Part shown: positions 24,483 through 37,803 of the stretch, one piece after another
How positions within the stretch are numbered: position 1 is the stretch's first letter
Layout: each line of letters starts with the position of its first letter
Assembly: GCA_002269645.1 (NCBI GenBank)
Contig: NIVC01001206.1
Coordinates: 44,563 to 108,562 of the forward strand
From: Macrostomum lignano
Taxonomy: Eukaryota
Reading direction: 5' to 3'
DNA length: 64,000 bases
The notes under the pieces: generated by a model
The model's database searches: none
Told to the model about the DNA's origin: nothing
The model's input: the letters and a program-made list of their open reading frames with translations, nothing else
Position numbers and translations under genes: made by a program

Positions 24483-25204
24483 AAATTCAAAATCTAGCAC
24501 TGCACCGATTCAAAACCATCATAGTGAAACTCAGTTAAAATTTAAATTGCTTGTTTCCTAATAAATCATAATAATTTTTACTATTTATTAATATTTATAT
24601 TTAATCGCGTTCTTAGATCTGCTCTGAATCTTTTCAAACTATATTTATTGGTACACAAACACTTTTTTGCACATTAGCAATTCCTTGATCAGATCGATTA
24701 TTGTTATTTAGTGGTAGAAATTAGATGTTGCTTATTCTTCTCATACTACTACTGTTTTTGATTTTCAGTAGTATGAGTTTTAAATCTACGGAAATCGAAG
24801 TTTTGATTATTGTCATTTATGTAATGCGTTTTTTTTAATGCAAAACTATATAAAAGCTATTATTGAGAAAGATTTTTGTCAAAGATAAATAACAAAGTCT
24901 GCCCGCTGTAAATGACAGCTTTGGTCTTTTATATATTATGACAGTTTTGTTCCTAAACTTACTACTTCATTTCCTATTTGCTATTGTAATATGTTTTAAA
25001 TAATAATGAAATGATTATTATTGACTATGGACTTGAGTTTCTGTTGATGCCGTGTTTTGTTGGTTATGTCAAACGCCAGAAAATATATGTGGTTTTAAAA
25101 TATGGGCCTCTTTGGCCACAATGAAAGATTGCTGAAGGCAGACTTTCAATTTTGCTTTTGTGTCGTATATTGTCATTTTTATATTTTTAGCCCAGGCGTT
25201 TTTT

Positions 25205-25830
25205 AGACTAGAGTGCCACTTTTGTAGACTTATAGTGCCACTTTTGTAGACTAGAGTGCCACTTTTGTTTACTTATAGGGCCACTTTTGTAGACTAAAGT
25301 GCCACTTTTGTAGACCAGAGTGCCACTTTTGTAGACCAGAGTGCCACTTTTGTAGACTTAGAGTGCCACTTTTGTAGACTTAGAGTGCCACTTTTGTAGA
25401 CTTAAAGTGCCACTTTTGTTTACTTATGTTGCCACTTTTGTAGACTAGAGTGCCACTTTTGTAGACTTAAAGTGCCACTTTTGTAGACTTAAAGTGCCAC
25501 TTTTGTAGACTTAGAGTGCCACTTTTGTAGACTTAGAGTGCCACTTTTGTAGACTTAAAGTGCCACTTTTGTTTACTTATAGTGCCACTTTTGTAGACTA
25601 GAGTGCCACTTTTGTAGACTAGAGTGCCACTTTTGTAGACTTAAAGTGCCACTTTTGTAGACTTAAAGTGCCACTTTTGTAGACTAGAGTGCCACTTTTG
25701 TAGACTAGAGTGCCACTTTTGTAGACTTAAAGTGCCACTTTTGTAGACTTATAGTGCCACTTTTGTAGACTAGAGTGCCACTTTTGTAGATTTATAGTGC
25801 CATTTTTGTTGACTAGAGTGGCACTTTTGT
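25205..25830. repeat. 21-22-bp minisatellite (AGTGCCACTTTTGTAGACT[T]A)
   Basis: Direct tandem repetition just upstream of the PHKB start. Confidence 0.95.
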
Positions 25831-25873
25831 TCCCTGCTTGTTAACCGAATAAAATTATCGCACAATATGGCGC

Positions 25874-28800
25874 ATGCCACCTCACCAAGCAGCAGAACAG
25901 AGAAAAATGTCAAAAAGGAACAGCGCCACATCGTCGGACATATTCGGCATTTTATCCAACGAGCTGCCCCAGTATGATCAGACAGTGTTGCAGCAGTTTT
26001 ATCAGCGCTGCTCAGGCCAGATCCTGCCTTATCAGCACCCGATCACTGGCCTGTTCCCTCTGTACCCTGAGTCCGATCCCCCTTGCTATGCCGGACACGT
26101 TCGTGACAATATCTACATAGCAACTAGCATCTGGGCTCTGGCTCAGGTGTACCGCAAAACCGATCAGGACAGCGGTCGCTGCTGGGAGTTGCGTCAGCGC
26201 GCCTTGAAATGCATGCGATCGATATTGAATTTCTGGATGACGCAAACTGATCGGCTGGAAGCTTTTAAAGAACAGCAAAGTCCAAGGCGGTGCTTGCTGA
26301 CTGTGTTCGACTATCGGACTGGCGGGGAGCTGATTGACTCCGCTTTTAAGGGCTACCAGCATCACCAGCTGGACTCTGTCGGTCTGTTTGTGCTGATGAG
26401 CATTCAGATGATCAGCTCTGGTTTGGAGATTGTTCATACTAAGACTGAGGTGAGCGTCAAGTCTTGAGCATCAAACTGTCCGATTCTTGGGTGTCAAAGT
26501 GTCCGATTCTTGACTGTCAAAGTGTCCGATTCTTGACTGTCAAAGTGTCCGATTCTTGAGTATCAAAGTGTCCGATTCTTGAGTGTCAAAGTGTCCGATT
26601 CTTGAGTGTCAAAGTGTCCGATTCTTGAGTGTCAAAGTGTCCGATTCTTGACTGTCAAAGTGTCCGATTCTTGACTGTAAAAGTGTCCGATTCTTGACTG
26701 TAAAAGTGTCCGATTCTTTAGTGTCAAAGTGTCCGATTCTTGAGTATCAAAGTGTCCGATTCTTGACTGTCAAAGTGTCCGATTCTTGAGTATCAAAGTG
26801 TCCGATTCTTGAGTATCAAAGTGTCCGATTCCTGAGTATCAAAGTGTCCGATTCTTGAGTATCAAAGTGTCCGATTCTTGAGTATCAAAGTGTCCGATTC
26901 TTGAGTATCAAAGTGTCCGATTCTTGACTGTCAAAGTGTCCGATTCTTGAGTATCAAAGTGTCCGATTCTTGAGTATCAAAGTGTCCGATTCCTGAGTAT
27001 CAAAGTGTCCGATTCTTGAGTATCAAAGTGTCCGATTCTTGAGTATCAAAGTGTCCGATTCTTTTTTGTCAAAGTGTCCGATTCTTAAGTATCAAAGTGT
27101 CCGATTCTTGACTGTCAAAGTGTCCGATTCTTGACTGTCAAAGTGTCCGATTCTTGACTGTAAAAGTGTCCGATTCTTTAGTGTCAAAGTGTCCGATTCT
27201 TGAGTATCAAAGTGTCCGATTCTTGAGTATCAAAGTGTCCGATTCTTTTTTGTCAAAGTGTCCGATTCTTAAGTATCAAAGTGTCCGATTCTTGACTGTC
27301 AAAGTGTCCGATTCTTGACTGTCAAAGTGTCCGATTCTTGACTGTCAAAGTGTCCGATTCTTAAGTATCAAAGTGTCCGATTCTTGACTGTAAAAGTGTC
27401 CGATTCTTGAGTATCAAAGTGTCCGATTCTTGAGTATCAAAGTGTCCGATTCTTGAGTATCAAAGTGTCCGATTCCTGAGTATCAAAGTGTCCGATTCCT
27501 GATTATCAAAGTGTCCGATTCTTGAAGGTCAAAGTGTCCGATTCTTGAGCGTTAAAGCCGCGCTTGCTCAATAAACCTAGCTTCCCTAATTCCAAACAAA
27601 TCCCCATTGGCAGGTAAACGTATTCCAGAACCTGATATTCTACCTAGAGCGGGCCTACCGCATCCCGGACTTCGGCATGTGGGAGCGCGGCACCAAGCAG
27701 AACACTGGCAGCGTGGAGCTGCACGCCAGCTCCGTTGGCTTCGCCAAGGCCGCCCTGGAAGCGGCTAACAGTTTCAACGTGTTCGGCCAGTCTGGCGATC
27801 ACACCACCGTGATCCACGTTGACATCGATGCCCATTCTAGGAATCGGATTATTCTCACTAATCTGCTGCCTAGGGAGAGCGCCACCAAAGGCTGCGATAG
27901 TTCGCTAATACCCACCCTGTGCTGGCCGGGTCACGCTACGCACGAGTCTGTGAGGAAATCCGCTCTGCAGAACGTGTTCGACCGGTTCCGTGGCGACTAC
28001 GGCTTTAAACGGTTCTCCAGAGACGGCTACGGCTGCGCTATGGAGACCAGCGGCACTGGGCCGCACCGGCGGGTTCAGTACTCCCACGGCGAGCTGAAGA
28101 CATTCGAGCATGTGGAATGTCAATGGCCGATATTCTATGCTTTCCTGGTCATTGAGCACTGTCTGCAGGGCGATACGAAGACTGCCACGGTGTACAAACG
28201 GAAGCTGGACTCGCTGCTGGTGGAACTGGATTCCGATGGCGCCGTGTGAGTTGTTTTGAGTCCCCATCTCGTAGCTTAATCCCCATCCCATATCTTAATC
28301 CCCATCCCGTAGCTTAATCCTCATTCCGTAGCTTAATCCCAATCCTTGATGCAGATTGATGCAACCACAAATGCAGCCCCAAATCCCCATTCGAAATCTT
28401 AATCCCTATTTGAAGTCGATCGAACTCCCTGCTCCATCCAGCCCGCCCCCCTGGGATCCGAGTTCGCGTCAGCAGCAGCAGCAGCCACGCCGTTGGATGC
28501 CGAAGTTCTACTTTGTGCCTCGCGACTACCTGCAGGACGAGTACAGCAACCCGGGCAGTCAGACGCGCCGGCCCAACTTTCAACTTGGCGATCCCATCTT
28601 CCTGTGGGGCGAAGCCGTCATGCTCATCGCCGACCTGATGGAGTCCGGCTACCTCATGGCGCACGATTTGGATCTACTTCGCCGCCATAAGCCGTTTCAC
28701 GAGCGGCCGTTGGATCTGTCAAGGCGCGTGCCGTTTATTAACAAGCTGCAGGATCTGGTGGTGCAGGTGGTGCTCATTTCCGAGTCTGTGCGGCTGCAGC

Positions 28801-31800
28801 AGATGCTGGCTACCTTTGGTGTGCAGAGCCAGACTCCTACTCAGGTGAGATGTTTATTCTGTCTGTGTCTGTCTGTCTGCCTGCCTGCCTGTCTGTCTGT
28901 CTGTCTGCCTGTCTGCCTGTCTGTCTGTCTGTCTGTCTGTGCCTGTCTGCCTGCCTGTCTGTCTGTCTGCCTGCCTGTCTCTGTCTGTCTGTCTGTCTGT
29001 CTGTCTGCCTGTCTGTCTGTCTGTCTGTCTGTCTGCCTGTCTCTGTCTGTCTGTCTGTCTGTCTGCCTGTCTGTCTGTCTGTGATTTAATCTTTCAGTCT
29101 GTTATACCTACAGTGTCTGCCTTGAACCCGCAGGTGGAGCCCATCACCCTGTGGCCGTCAAAGAATCTGATTCGCGTTCAGGAATGCCTGGGCAGATGCG
29201 ACCGCCTTAGCCTGTCCGGCCGGCCGCTCCGTCCGATTGGGCAGCTGGGCACGGCCAAGTTCTACAGGGTCCCGGGCCGCACCGTGCTGTGCTACCCGCT
29301 GCTGTTCGAGATGCGCGACTTCTACCTGCTGCACGATATGGACATGGTCATCGATGAGGTGTGCGCTTTGACTCAGAACTATTAATAGTGTTCTCAGACT
29401 TTACTCTAGAATACAAGGAGTGCTCAGAATCAAATCTAGAATACAAGGAGTGCTCAGACTCAAATCTAGAATACAAGGAGTGCTCAGACTCAAATCTAGA
29501 ATACAAGGAGTGCTCAGACTCAAATCTAGAATACAAGGAGTGCTCAGAATCAAATCTAGAATACAAGGAGTGCTCAGAATCAAATCTAGAATACAAGGAG
29601 TGCTCAGACTCAAATCTAGAATACAAGGAGTGCTCAGACTCAAATCTAGAATACAAGGAGTGCTCAGAATCAAATCTAGAATACAAGGAGTGCTCAGACT
29701 CAAATCTAGAATACAAGGAGTGCTCAGACTCAAATCTAGAATACAAGGAGTGCTCAGAATCAAATCTAGAATACAAGGAGTGCTCAGACTCAAATCTAGA
29801 ATACAATGAGTGCTCAGACTCAAATCTAGAATATAAGGAGTGCTCAGAATCAAATCTAGAATACAATGAGTGCTCAGACTCAAATCTAGAATACAAGGAG
29901 TGCTCAGACTCAAATCTAGAATACAAGGAGTGCTCAGAATCAAATCTAGAATACAAGGAGTGCTCAGAATCAAATCTAGAATACAATGAGTGCTCAGACT
30001 CAAATCTAGAATATAAGGAGTGCTCAGACTCAAATCTAGAATATAAGGAGTGCTCAGACTCAAATCTAGAATACAAGGAGTGCTCAGACTCAAATCTAGA
30101 ATACAAGGAGTGCTCAGAATCAAATCTAGAATACAATGAGTGCTCAGAATCAAATCTAGAATATAAGGAGTGCTCATACTCAAATCTGGAGTACTCGTAG
30201 GAAGTGCTCAGATTCAAACACTAGTGAAATGCCCAGAATTCTAAGCACAACTGACCGGTAATTCCCACAGGTGCGGACCAATCTGTTGTTCCTCTCCACT
30301 TGGTGGCGCCTGAAAGGCCGTCCAACTTTCTGCTTTCTGCTTCGAGAAGACATGATCCGGGCAGCGGGAGCCAAGCAGCTCATCGCCTTTCTCACCAGCA
30401 TGCGTAGCGGCTGGGTCAACGACGTTCGAGTCCTGCTCGGCCGAGCGCAGAATCTTCTCGCTAGCGCCTGCGTGGACCACCTGGACTACCTGCAGGATCA
30501 TAATCACGCATTTCGCGACCTGCCAGCGTTGAGGAGCTCAGCGTTGAGAAATCGTTCCGCTCCCTGATGAACATTCAAGGTCACGCCGCGGTGGCCATTG
30601 AGCAGGAAGAATGGATTGATACAAGACGGGTTGAGTCCAGCAATTCTGAGCAGCTTTGCCAGCTTATCGACACAGCGTCCCTTAATATGGGGCCAAAGAC
30701 TCAACTGCTGCACATGCTGGTTGACAGGCACGGCGCTGATTATGTTCTGCCTGGTGCGTTGTTTAAATTTGACCATGATGCAATACAATCTTTACAATCC
30801 TTGATAACAATTTCCAAAATTAGATTCCTCATCACTGACATGCCCCTGAAATCCTCTAATTTATTCTCGAAAACCCTGAAACTTAATTTCCCAAATCTTT
30901 GATCTTAAATTCCCTCCAGATCCTCAAACTTAATTTCCCTCCAGATCTTCAAATTTAATTCCCTCCAGATCCTCGAACTTAATTCCCCTCAGATCCTCAA
31001 ACTTAATTTCCCTCCAGATCTTCAAATTTAATTCCCTCCAGATCCTCGAACTTAATTCCCCTCAGATCCTCGAACTTAATTCCCCTCCAGATCCTCAAAC
31101 TTAATTCCCCTCCAGATCCTCAAAATTAATTCCCTCCAGATCCTCAAACTTAATTCCCTCCAGATCCTCAAACTTAATTCCCCTCCAGATCCTCGAACTT
31201 AATTCCCTCAGATCCTCAAACTTAATTCCCCTCCAGATCCTCGAACTTAATTCCCTCAGATCCTCAAACTTAATTCCCTCAGATCCTCAAACTTAATTCC
31301 CCTCCAGATCCTCAAACTTAATTCCCTCAGATCCTCAAACTTAATTCCCCTCAGATCCTCAGACTTACTTCCCCTCCAGATCCTCGAACTTAATTCCCTC
31401 AGATCCTCAAACTTAATTCCCCTCCAGATCCTCGAACTTAATTCCCTCAGATCCTCAAACTTAATTCCCTCAGATCCTCAAACTTAATTCCCTCAGATCC
31501 TCAAACTTAATTTCCCTCCAGATCCTCAAACTTAATTCCCTCAGATCCTCAAACTTAATTCCCCTCAGATCCTCAGACTTAATTCCCCTCCAGATCCTCG
31601 AACTTAATTCCCTCAGATCCTCAAACTTAATTCCCCTCCAGATCCTCGAACTAAATTCCCTCAGATCCTCAAACTTAATTCCCCTCCAGATCCTCAGACT
31701 TAATTCCCTCAGATCCTCAAACTTAATTCCCCTCCAGATCCTCAAACTTAATTTCCCTCCAGATCTTCAAACCTAATTCCCCTAATTCCCCTCCATTTCT

Positions 31801-34062
31801 TCAAACGTAATTCCCTTCAGATCATCAAACCTAATTTCCCTCCATATCCTCGAACTTAATTCCTCTCCAGATCCTCAAACTTAATTCCCCTCCAGATCCT
31901 CAAACTTAATTCCCCTCAGGTCCTCAAACTTAAATCCTTACAGATCCTCAAACTGATTCCCCAAATCCTCAAAGTTAATTTCCCAGTATGCTCCAGCTAT
32001 TTTTTTAAATCCCTAATCAGTCCTCTCAAAATTTTCAAACCCTCAAGGCTAGACTCATAGAATCCCCACCATCACACCTCAATGCCAGGCGCCAATGAGA
32101 CGGTGGCTCAGCGCCTTGAGGAAATGAGCCGGACTGCCGGAGTTCAACAACGCTGGGCCATCGTTCGCTATGCCTCGGCCATCCTACGCAAAGAGGTGGA
32201 CAGCCTCGCGCCCTCCCTGTCCAATGTTATCGTGGCTGGCAAGCGGATCATCATCGGGTCGGACATTGTGATTGACAGGCCGCTGACACCCAAGGAGCTC
32301 TGCCAGATTCTCTACGCTCATTATCCACCGGGACCGTCTGGCAAGGCTGTGCTGCTTCAGGAGCTGATTCTGTTTCTAGGCTCGCTGATCTGCCGAGACA
32401 GCGTGCTGTTCCGTGGCATTCACTACATCAGACTGGACCCTCTGATTGACGCTCTGGATATTGAGTTGGCCAACGTCAACGATCCGCTGTTCGGCGGCTG
32501 CAAGATACTGCAGAATCTGTCGCCGTATAAGGTTTTTTTACCTTATTCTATTTGCCTGCTTCTCACTGATTTTACTGTCTGCAATCTAATGTCTCCCTCT
32601 CCTCTCCCTCTCCCTCTCCTCTCCCTTTCCTCTCTCTCCTCCCTCTCCCTCTCTTCTCTTTCTCTCCTCTCTCTCTTCCTCTTTCTCCTTTCTCTCTCTC
32701 TTTTCTCCCTCTCTCTTCTTCCATCTCCATCTCTCTCCTCTCCCTCTTCCTCTCTCCATTCCTTCTCTCCCCTCTCCCTCTCCTCTCCCTTTCCCCTCTC
32801 TCCTTCCTCTCCCCTCTCTTCTCTTCTCTCCTCTCTCTCTCCCTCTCTTCTCTCCATCTCCATCTCTCTCCCCTCTCCCTCTCCCTCTCCTCTCCCTTTC
32901 CCCTCTCTCCTTCCTCTCCCCTCTCTTCTCTTCTCTCCTCTCTCTCTCCCTCTCTTCTCTCCATCTCCATCTCTCTCTCCTCTCCCTCTCCCTCTCCTCT
33001 CCCTTTCCTCTATCTCCTCTCTCTCTTCTCTTTCTCCCTTCTCTCTCTTTTTTCTCCCTCTCCCTCTCTCCCCTCTCTCTTCTCTCCCTCTCCCTCTCTC
33101 CCCTCTCTCCTGTCTCTCCCTCTCTTCTCTCCCGTTCTCTCCTCTCCCCCTGGCTTCTCCCTCTCTCCATTTCCTTTACTGTCCCTCCGTCTCTCCTTTC
33201 CCTCGCTCCCCCCTCCCCTATCTCACCTCCCCCTTCTCCCTATCTCCCTATTCCTACGCCGACAGGCCATATTTATTGGTGACTGATTATGCTAATGAGC
33301 GCTAATCTCCAAGATAGAATGTACATCCCTTACATGTAGAGTCAGGGCCGCTGAAAAACCCTTTGTGAGCGTGTGCCTGCCTACGTATCTTGTGTGCGTG
33401 CTCAGTGGGCAGTCTCTACACTAATTAGTTCTGATAAAACCACACAATCTTCATCCAACCGCAACCGTCTCCCACCCGCCCAGGTGAAATCCCTAATAGT
33501 GTCCATCCTGGACCATCGGCAGTCGCGCCATCCCTACTGGCAGCGGCGTATCGACGGCTGCCTCTGCCGAGTGCCGTCCGGTTTCTACGAAGGCGTCTAC
33601 GGCGTTCTAGAGGCCTGCTCAGGCGGCATCCGGATCGGGCACACCCTCATTGAGCAGCACCCCTGCCTGAACGACATGTCCCGCAACGATGCCAACTTCG
33701 TGTTCGCAGTCCAATCGACTCTGGCCAGGGAGACCGCCAATCCCGCCCTGCGCCAGATGATGGTCGAGGCCCTAGTCATTATCGAGCTAATCCTGCAGAG
33801 AAATCCCGAGCTAAAAGTTAAAGAGGAACTCGACGTGCTCAGCATTGTTGATGAGGCTTGGCGCGATTTCAAAATCGAACACCGTCTGGATGGTCCGGAG
33901 TTCGAAAAATCGATGAACAAATTCTACGAAACCGAATCGGTTGTGTCCCGCGGTACTTCCAGTTTTATTGCCAAATCTGCTTTGAACTTTCTGCTGAAAG
34001 GAGAAATTGCACTGGACCAACGGGGCAAAGAGTTTGGCGGCAGCGCGTGCAAGCTGTCTTAG
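25874..34062 (+). CDS. PHKB: Phosphorylase b kinase regulatory subunit beta, 7 exons, ~1090 aa; apparent 1-nt frameshift at ~30530
   Basis: Exons 25874-26449, 27614-~28243, ~28485-28844, 29134-29358, 30271-30753, 32089-32531, 33484-34062. Motifs YQHPITGLFP, ERAYRIPDFGMWERG, ELHASSVGFAKAALEA, DAHSRNR..LLPRES, PKFYFVP..NPGSQ, WQRRIDG, and C-terminal CaaX CKLS. Confidence 0.93.
26470..27548. repeat. 23-bp minisatellite (TATCAAAGTGTCCGATTCTTGAG), PHKB intron 1
   Basis: The period of 23 was checked; the array fills almost the entire intron. Confidence 0.95.
28850..29082. repeat. (GTCT/GCCT)n microsatellite, PHKB intron 3
   Basis: Direct. Confidence 0.95.
29398..30195. repeat. 30-bp minisatellite (CTAGAATACAAGGAGTGCTCAGACTCAAAT), PHKB intron 4
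   Basis: Highly homogeneous tandem units. Confidence 0.95.
30900..31985. repeat. 23-25-bp minisatellite (TTAATTCCC[C]TC[C]AGATCCTCAAAC), PHKB intron 5
   Basis: Direct tandem repetition. Confidence 0.95.
32590..33255. repeat. CT-rich low-complexity tract, PHKB intron 6
   Basis: Direct. Confidence 0.9.
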
Positions 34063-34315
34063 AAACTCAGGCCGAACTCTGCGTGCTTTCTTTGGTGCCG
34101 GTAAAATTTGAGTTTCAGACCAACTGAATGATTTTTTGTTATTTTGTGTAGCTCAGTAAGCCTTAGTTTGTATAGTTAGTTTAGAGACTAGCTAATCACA
34201 TTGGCTCTCATTTGCAACCCGTTTCGTGCTATTCTTAAGCAATCATATTAGTCTCTTATTTAATAGGTTGTTGTTTCATTGTTTCGTTGTTTCATAGCAA
34301 TCCTGTTACAGTAGG

Positions 34316-34468
34316 CAACAGACAGACAGACAGACAGACAGACAGGCAGGCAGGCAGACAGACAGACAGACAGACAGACAGACAGGCAGGCAGGCAGACA
34401 GATACTAAGACAGACAGACAGACAGACAGACAGACAGGCAGACAGATACTAAGACAGACAGACAGACT

Positions 34469-34520
<52 letters not shown>

Positions 34521-34579
34521 GGCAGACAGATACTAAGACAGACAGACAGACAGACAGACAGGCAGGCAGACAGATACTA

Positions 34580-34612
<33 letters not shown>

Positions 34613-34683
34613 GGCAGGCAGGCAGACAGATACTAAGACAGACAGACAGATACTAAGACAGACAGACAGACAGACAGACAGAC
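34316..34683. repeat. (GACA)n/(GGCA)n microsatellite
   Basis: Direct. Confidence 0.95.
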
Positions 34684-35857
34684 CCCGCGATAGTCTAATC
34701 TAAAAAAATGTTCCGCAATTCTTGCTGTCAATCAAAACAATTGGCTCGTATTTGCCGTGCCCCATAGTTATTAACATGGTTTTTACACGTAATTGAAGTT
34801 GGGTATCGATTTGTAATGTTAATTAACCTTTTCGCGCCGGAGCTAGAAATACAAAAGCTCCGTTCCTGCCGACATGATCAGCAGGGCTGACCATAGACTA
34901 TAGCTAGCTAGAATCTTAATGCGCCGCTGTGCAAAGCCTTTCTAGCCGAGAAGGGAGCATCTTATACTTGGCTTGGACAAATCTTGGGTCGAAAAAAGCA
35001 GTTTCAAAGTGCATTTCACTTAATGCTCTCTATATAGATTATGCAGTGTGTACACTCGATATGTAGCTATAGACTCTACAGTTCACTTTAAAATCTGCAA
35101 ACAGGCATTTTTGAAAGAGAAAGCACTGCACCTACTTAATACGAGTAGTGTGAAATTTTGCATACATCGGATTCTGAGACTGTTGATGTCATCACAGAGA
35201 ATGCTGAAACCGATTCGCTGCATTCCATTGCAGATAAGTAGGACTTGCTGCTGACCATACTCGGCAGGAACGGCTGCTGTGAAGCACATAACTTTTCTTT
35301 TACCATTGACTCCAAAAAATTACCGGCAGTAAAGGCTGTTTGGCCCATGGTCAGGCTGACCATCCTGACCATAAAAATTTGTGCCCTGATGAAACAAAAG
35401 TAAATGCCAGCTGTGATATCAACAGTTTTCAAAAAAACAACATTCTTTTATGATACTATCGTGTGCTAGCTATACTACTCGTGCAGGTTTTTTGCAATTC
35501 TAAAAATGCCAATTTTTAGCGCGATTTTTTTTCTATTAATTATCAAGCATGGATACTAAAGAGGCCTCTGCTGAATCGTTGATATTTTAGCTAATTAATT
35601 ATCTCCTATTCAAGTCGCTTTATAGCCGTAGTGTCATTATGTACTTACATATATATTGTAAACTTCATAATTGCGTTTGCAAATGAATTTTTTTTCTATT
35701 GATTTTTTCTATTGACAACTTTTGTTGGGTTTGATTAATGGATGCATTTTGAATATTTTGTAGTTCAATTCAGCATTTCCTATTGTTAATAAGTTCCACT
35801 TGTCCGGTCTGAAGATTTACGCTTTACCTACTGATTAACAATCTGACAAGCTTAGGT

Positions 35858-37705
35858 TTTCCATAGCCACTGACAAGTTACCCATACCCACTGACAAGTT
35901 ACCCATAGCCACTGACAAGTTACCCATACCCACTGACAAGTTACCCATAGCCACTGACAAGTTACCCATAGCCACTGACAAGTTACCCACAGCCACTAAC
36001 AAGTTACCCACAACCACTGACAAGTTACCAATAGCCACTGACAAGTTAGCCATGCCTACTGACAAGTTACCCACAGCCACTGACAAGTTACCCATACCCA
36101 CTGACAAGTTACCCATAGCCACTGACAAGTTACCCATACCCACTGACAAGTTACCCATAGCCACTGACAAGTTACCCATAGCCACTGACAAGTTACCCAC
36201 AACCACTGACAAGTTACCCACAACCACTGACAAGTTACCCATAGCCACTGACAAGTTAGCCATGCCTACTGACAAGTTACCCACAGCCACTGACAAGTTA
36301 CCCATACCCACTGACAAGTTACCCATAGCCACTGACAAGTTACCCATACCCACTGACAAGTTACCCATAGCCACTGACAAGTTACCCATAGCCACTGACA
36401 AGTAACCCAAAGCCACTGACAAGTTACCCACAGCCACTGACAAGTTATCCATAGCCACTGACAAGTTACCCATAGCCACTGACAAGTTAGCCATACCCAC
36501 TGACAAGTTACCCATAGCCACTGACAAGTTAGCCATACCCACTGACAAGTAACCCATAGCCACTGACAAGTTACCCATAGCCACTGACAAGTTACCCATA
36601 GCCACTGACAAGTTACCCACAGCCACTGACAAGTTACCCATAGCCACTGACAAGTTACCCACAACCACTGACAAGTTACCCACAACCACTGACAAGTTAC
36701 CCATAGCCACTGACAAGTTAGCCATGCCTACTGACAAGTTACCCACAGCCACTGACAAGTTACCCATAGCCACTGACAAGTTACCAATGGCCACTGACAA
36801 GTTACCCATAGCCACTGACAAGTTACCCATAGCCACTGACAAGTTAGCCATACCCACTGACAAGTTACCCACAGCCACTGACAAGTTACCCACAACCACT
36901 GACAAGTTACCCACAACCACTGACAAGTTACCCATAGCCACTGACAAGTTACCCACAGCCACTGACAAGTTACCCATAGCCACTGACAAGTTACCCACAG
37001 CCACTGACAAGTTACCCATAGCCACTGACAAGTTATCCATACCCACTGACAAGTTAGCCATACCCACTGACAAGTTACCCATACCCACTGACAAGTTACC
37101 CACAGCCACTGACAAGTTACCCACAGCCACTGACAAGTTACCCACAGCCACTGACAAGTTACCCATAGCCACTGACAAGTTACCCACAGCCACTGACAAG
37201 TTACCCATAGCCACTGACAAGTTACCCACAGCCACTGACAAGTTACCCATAACCACTGACAAGTTACCCATAGCCACTGACAAGTTACCAATGGCCACTG
37301 ACAAGTTACCCATAGCCACTGACAAGTTACCCATAGCCACTGACAAGTTAGCCATACCCACTGACAAGTTACCCATAGCCACTGACAAGTTACCCATACC
37401 CACTGACAAGTTAGCCATACCCACTGACAAGTTACCCATAGCCACTGACAAGTTACCCACAGCCACTGACAAGTTACCCACAACCACTGACAAGTTATCC
37501 ATAACGACTGACAAGTTACCCATAGCCACTGACAAGTTATCCATAACGACTGACAAGTTACCCACAACCACTGACAAGTTATCCATAACGACTGAAAAGT
37601 TATCCATAGCAACTGACAAGTTACCCACAGCCACTGACAAGTTACCCACAGCTACTGACAAGTTACCCACAGCCACTGACAAGTTAGCCATAGCTACTGA
37701 CAAGT
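35858..37705. repeat. 21-bp minisatellite (CCACTGACAAGTTACCCATAG), ~88 copies, immediately upstream of NDOR1
   Basis: Direct tandem repetition. The unit length is divisible by 3, producing long repetitive ORFs. Confidence 0.95.
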
Positions 37706-37803
37706 ACCTTCTGACAGGAGGCAAATCCTGCTGACAAGATGCCCACTAAGAGGCACCCTACCCTAATCCGCAATTCCAGCAACCCGACACTCCTCATTCG
37801 ACC

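Noticed and set aside
29348-30217. ORFs of 260-289 aa on both strands
   Set aside because: 30-bp array bounded by PHKB GT/AG sites.
32532-33305. Ser/Leu/Pro-rich extension of the 407-aa ORF and the Glu/Arg-rich antisense ORFs
   Set aside because: Read-through into the CT-rich PHKB intron 6; the conserved sequence resumes at 33484.
35835-37734. 629-aa (minus) and 336-aa (plus) ORFs of GNLSVAM / TDKLPIA repeats, the plus one in the same frame as NDOR1
   Set aside because: They arise from a 21-bp unit lacking stops. Two stops (TGA 37732, then TAA) separate the plus ORF from the NDOR1 ATG, and the variation looks neutral.
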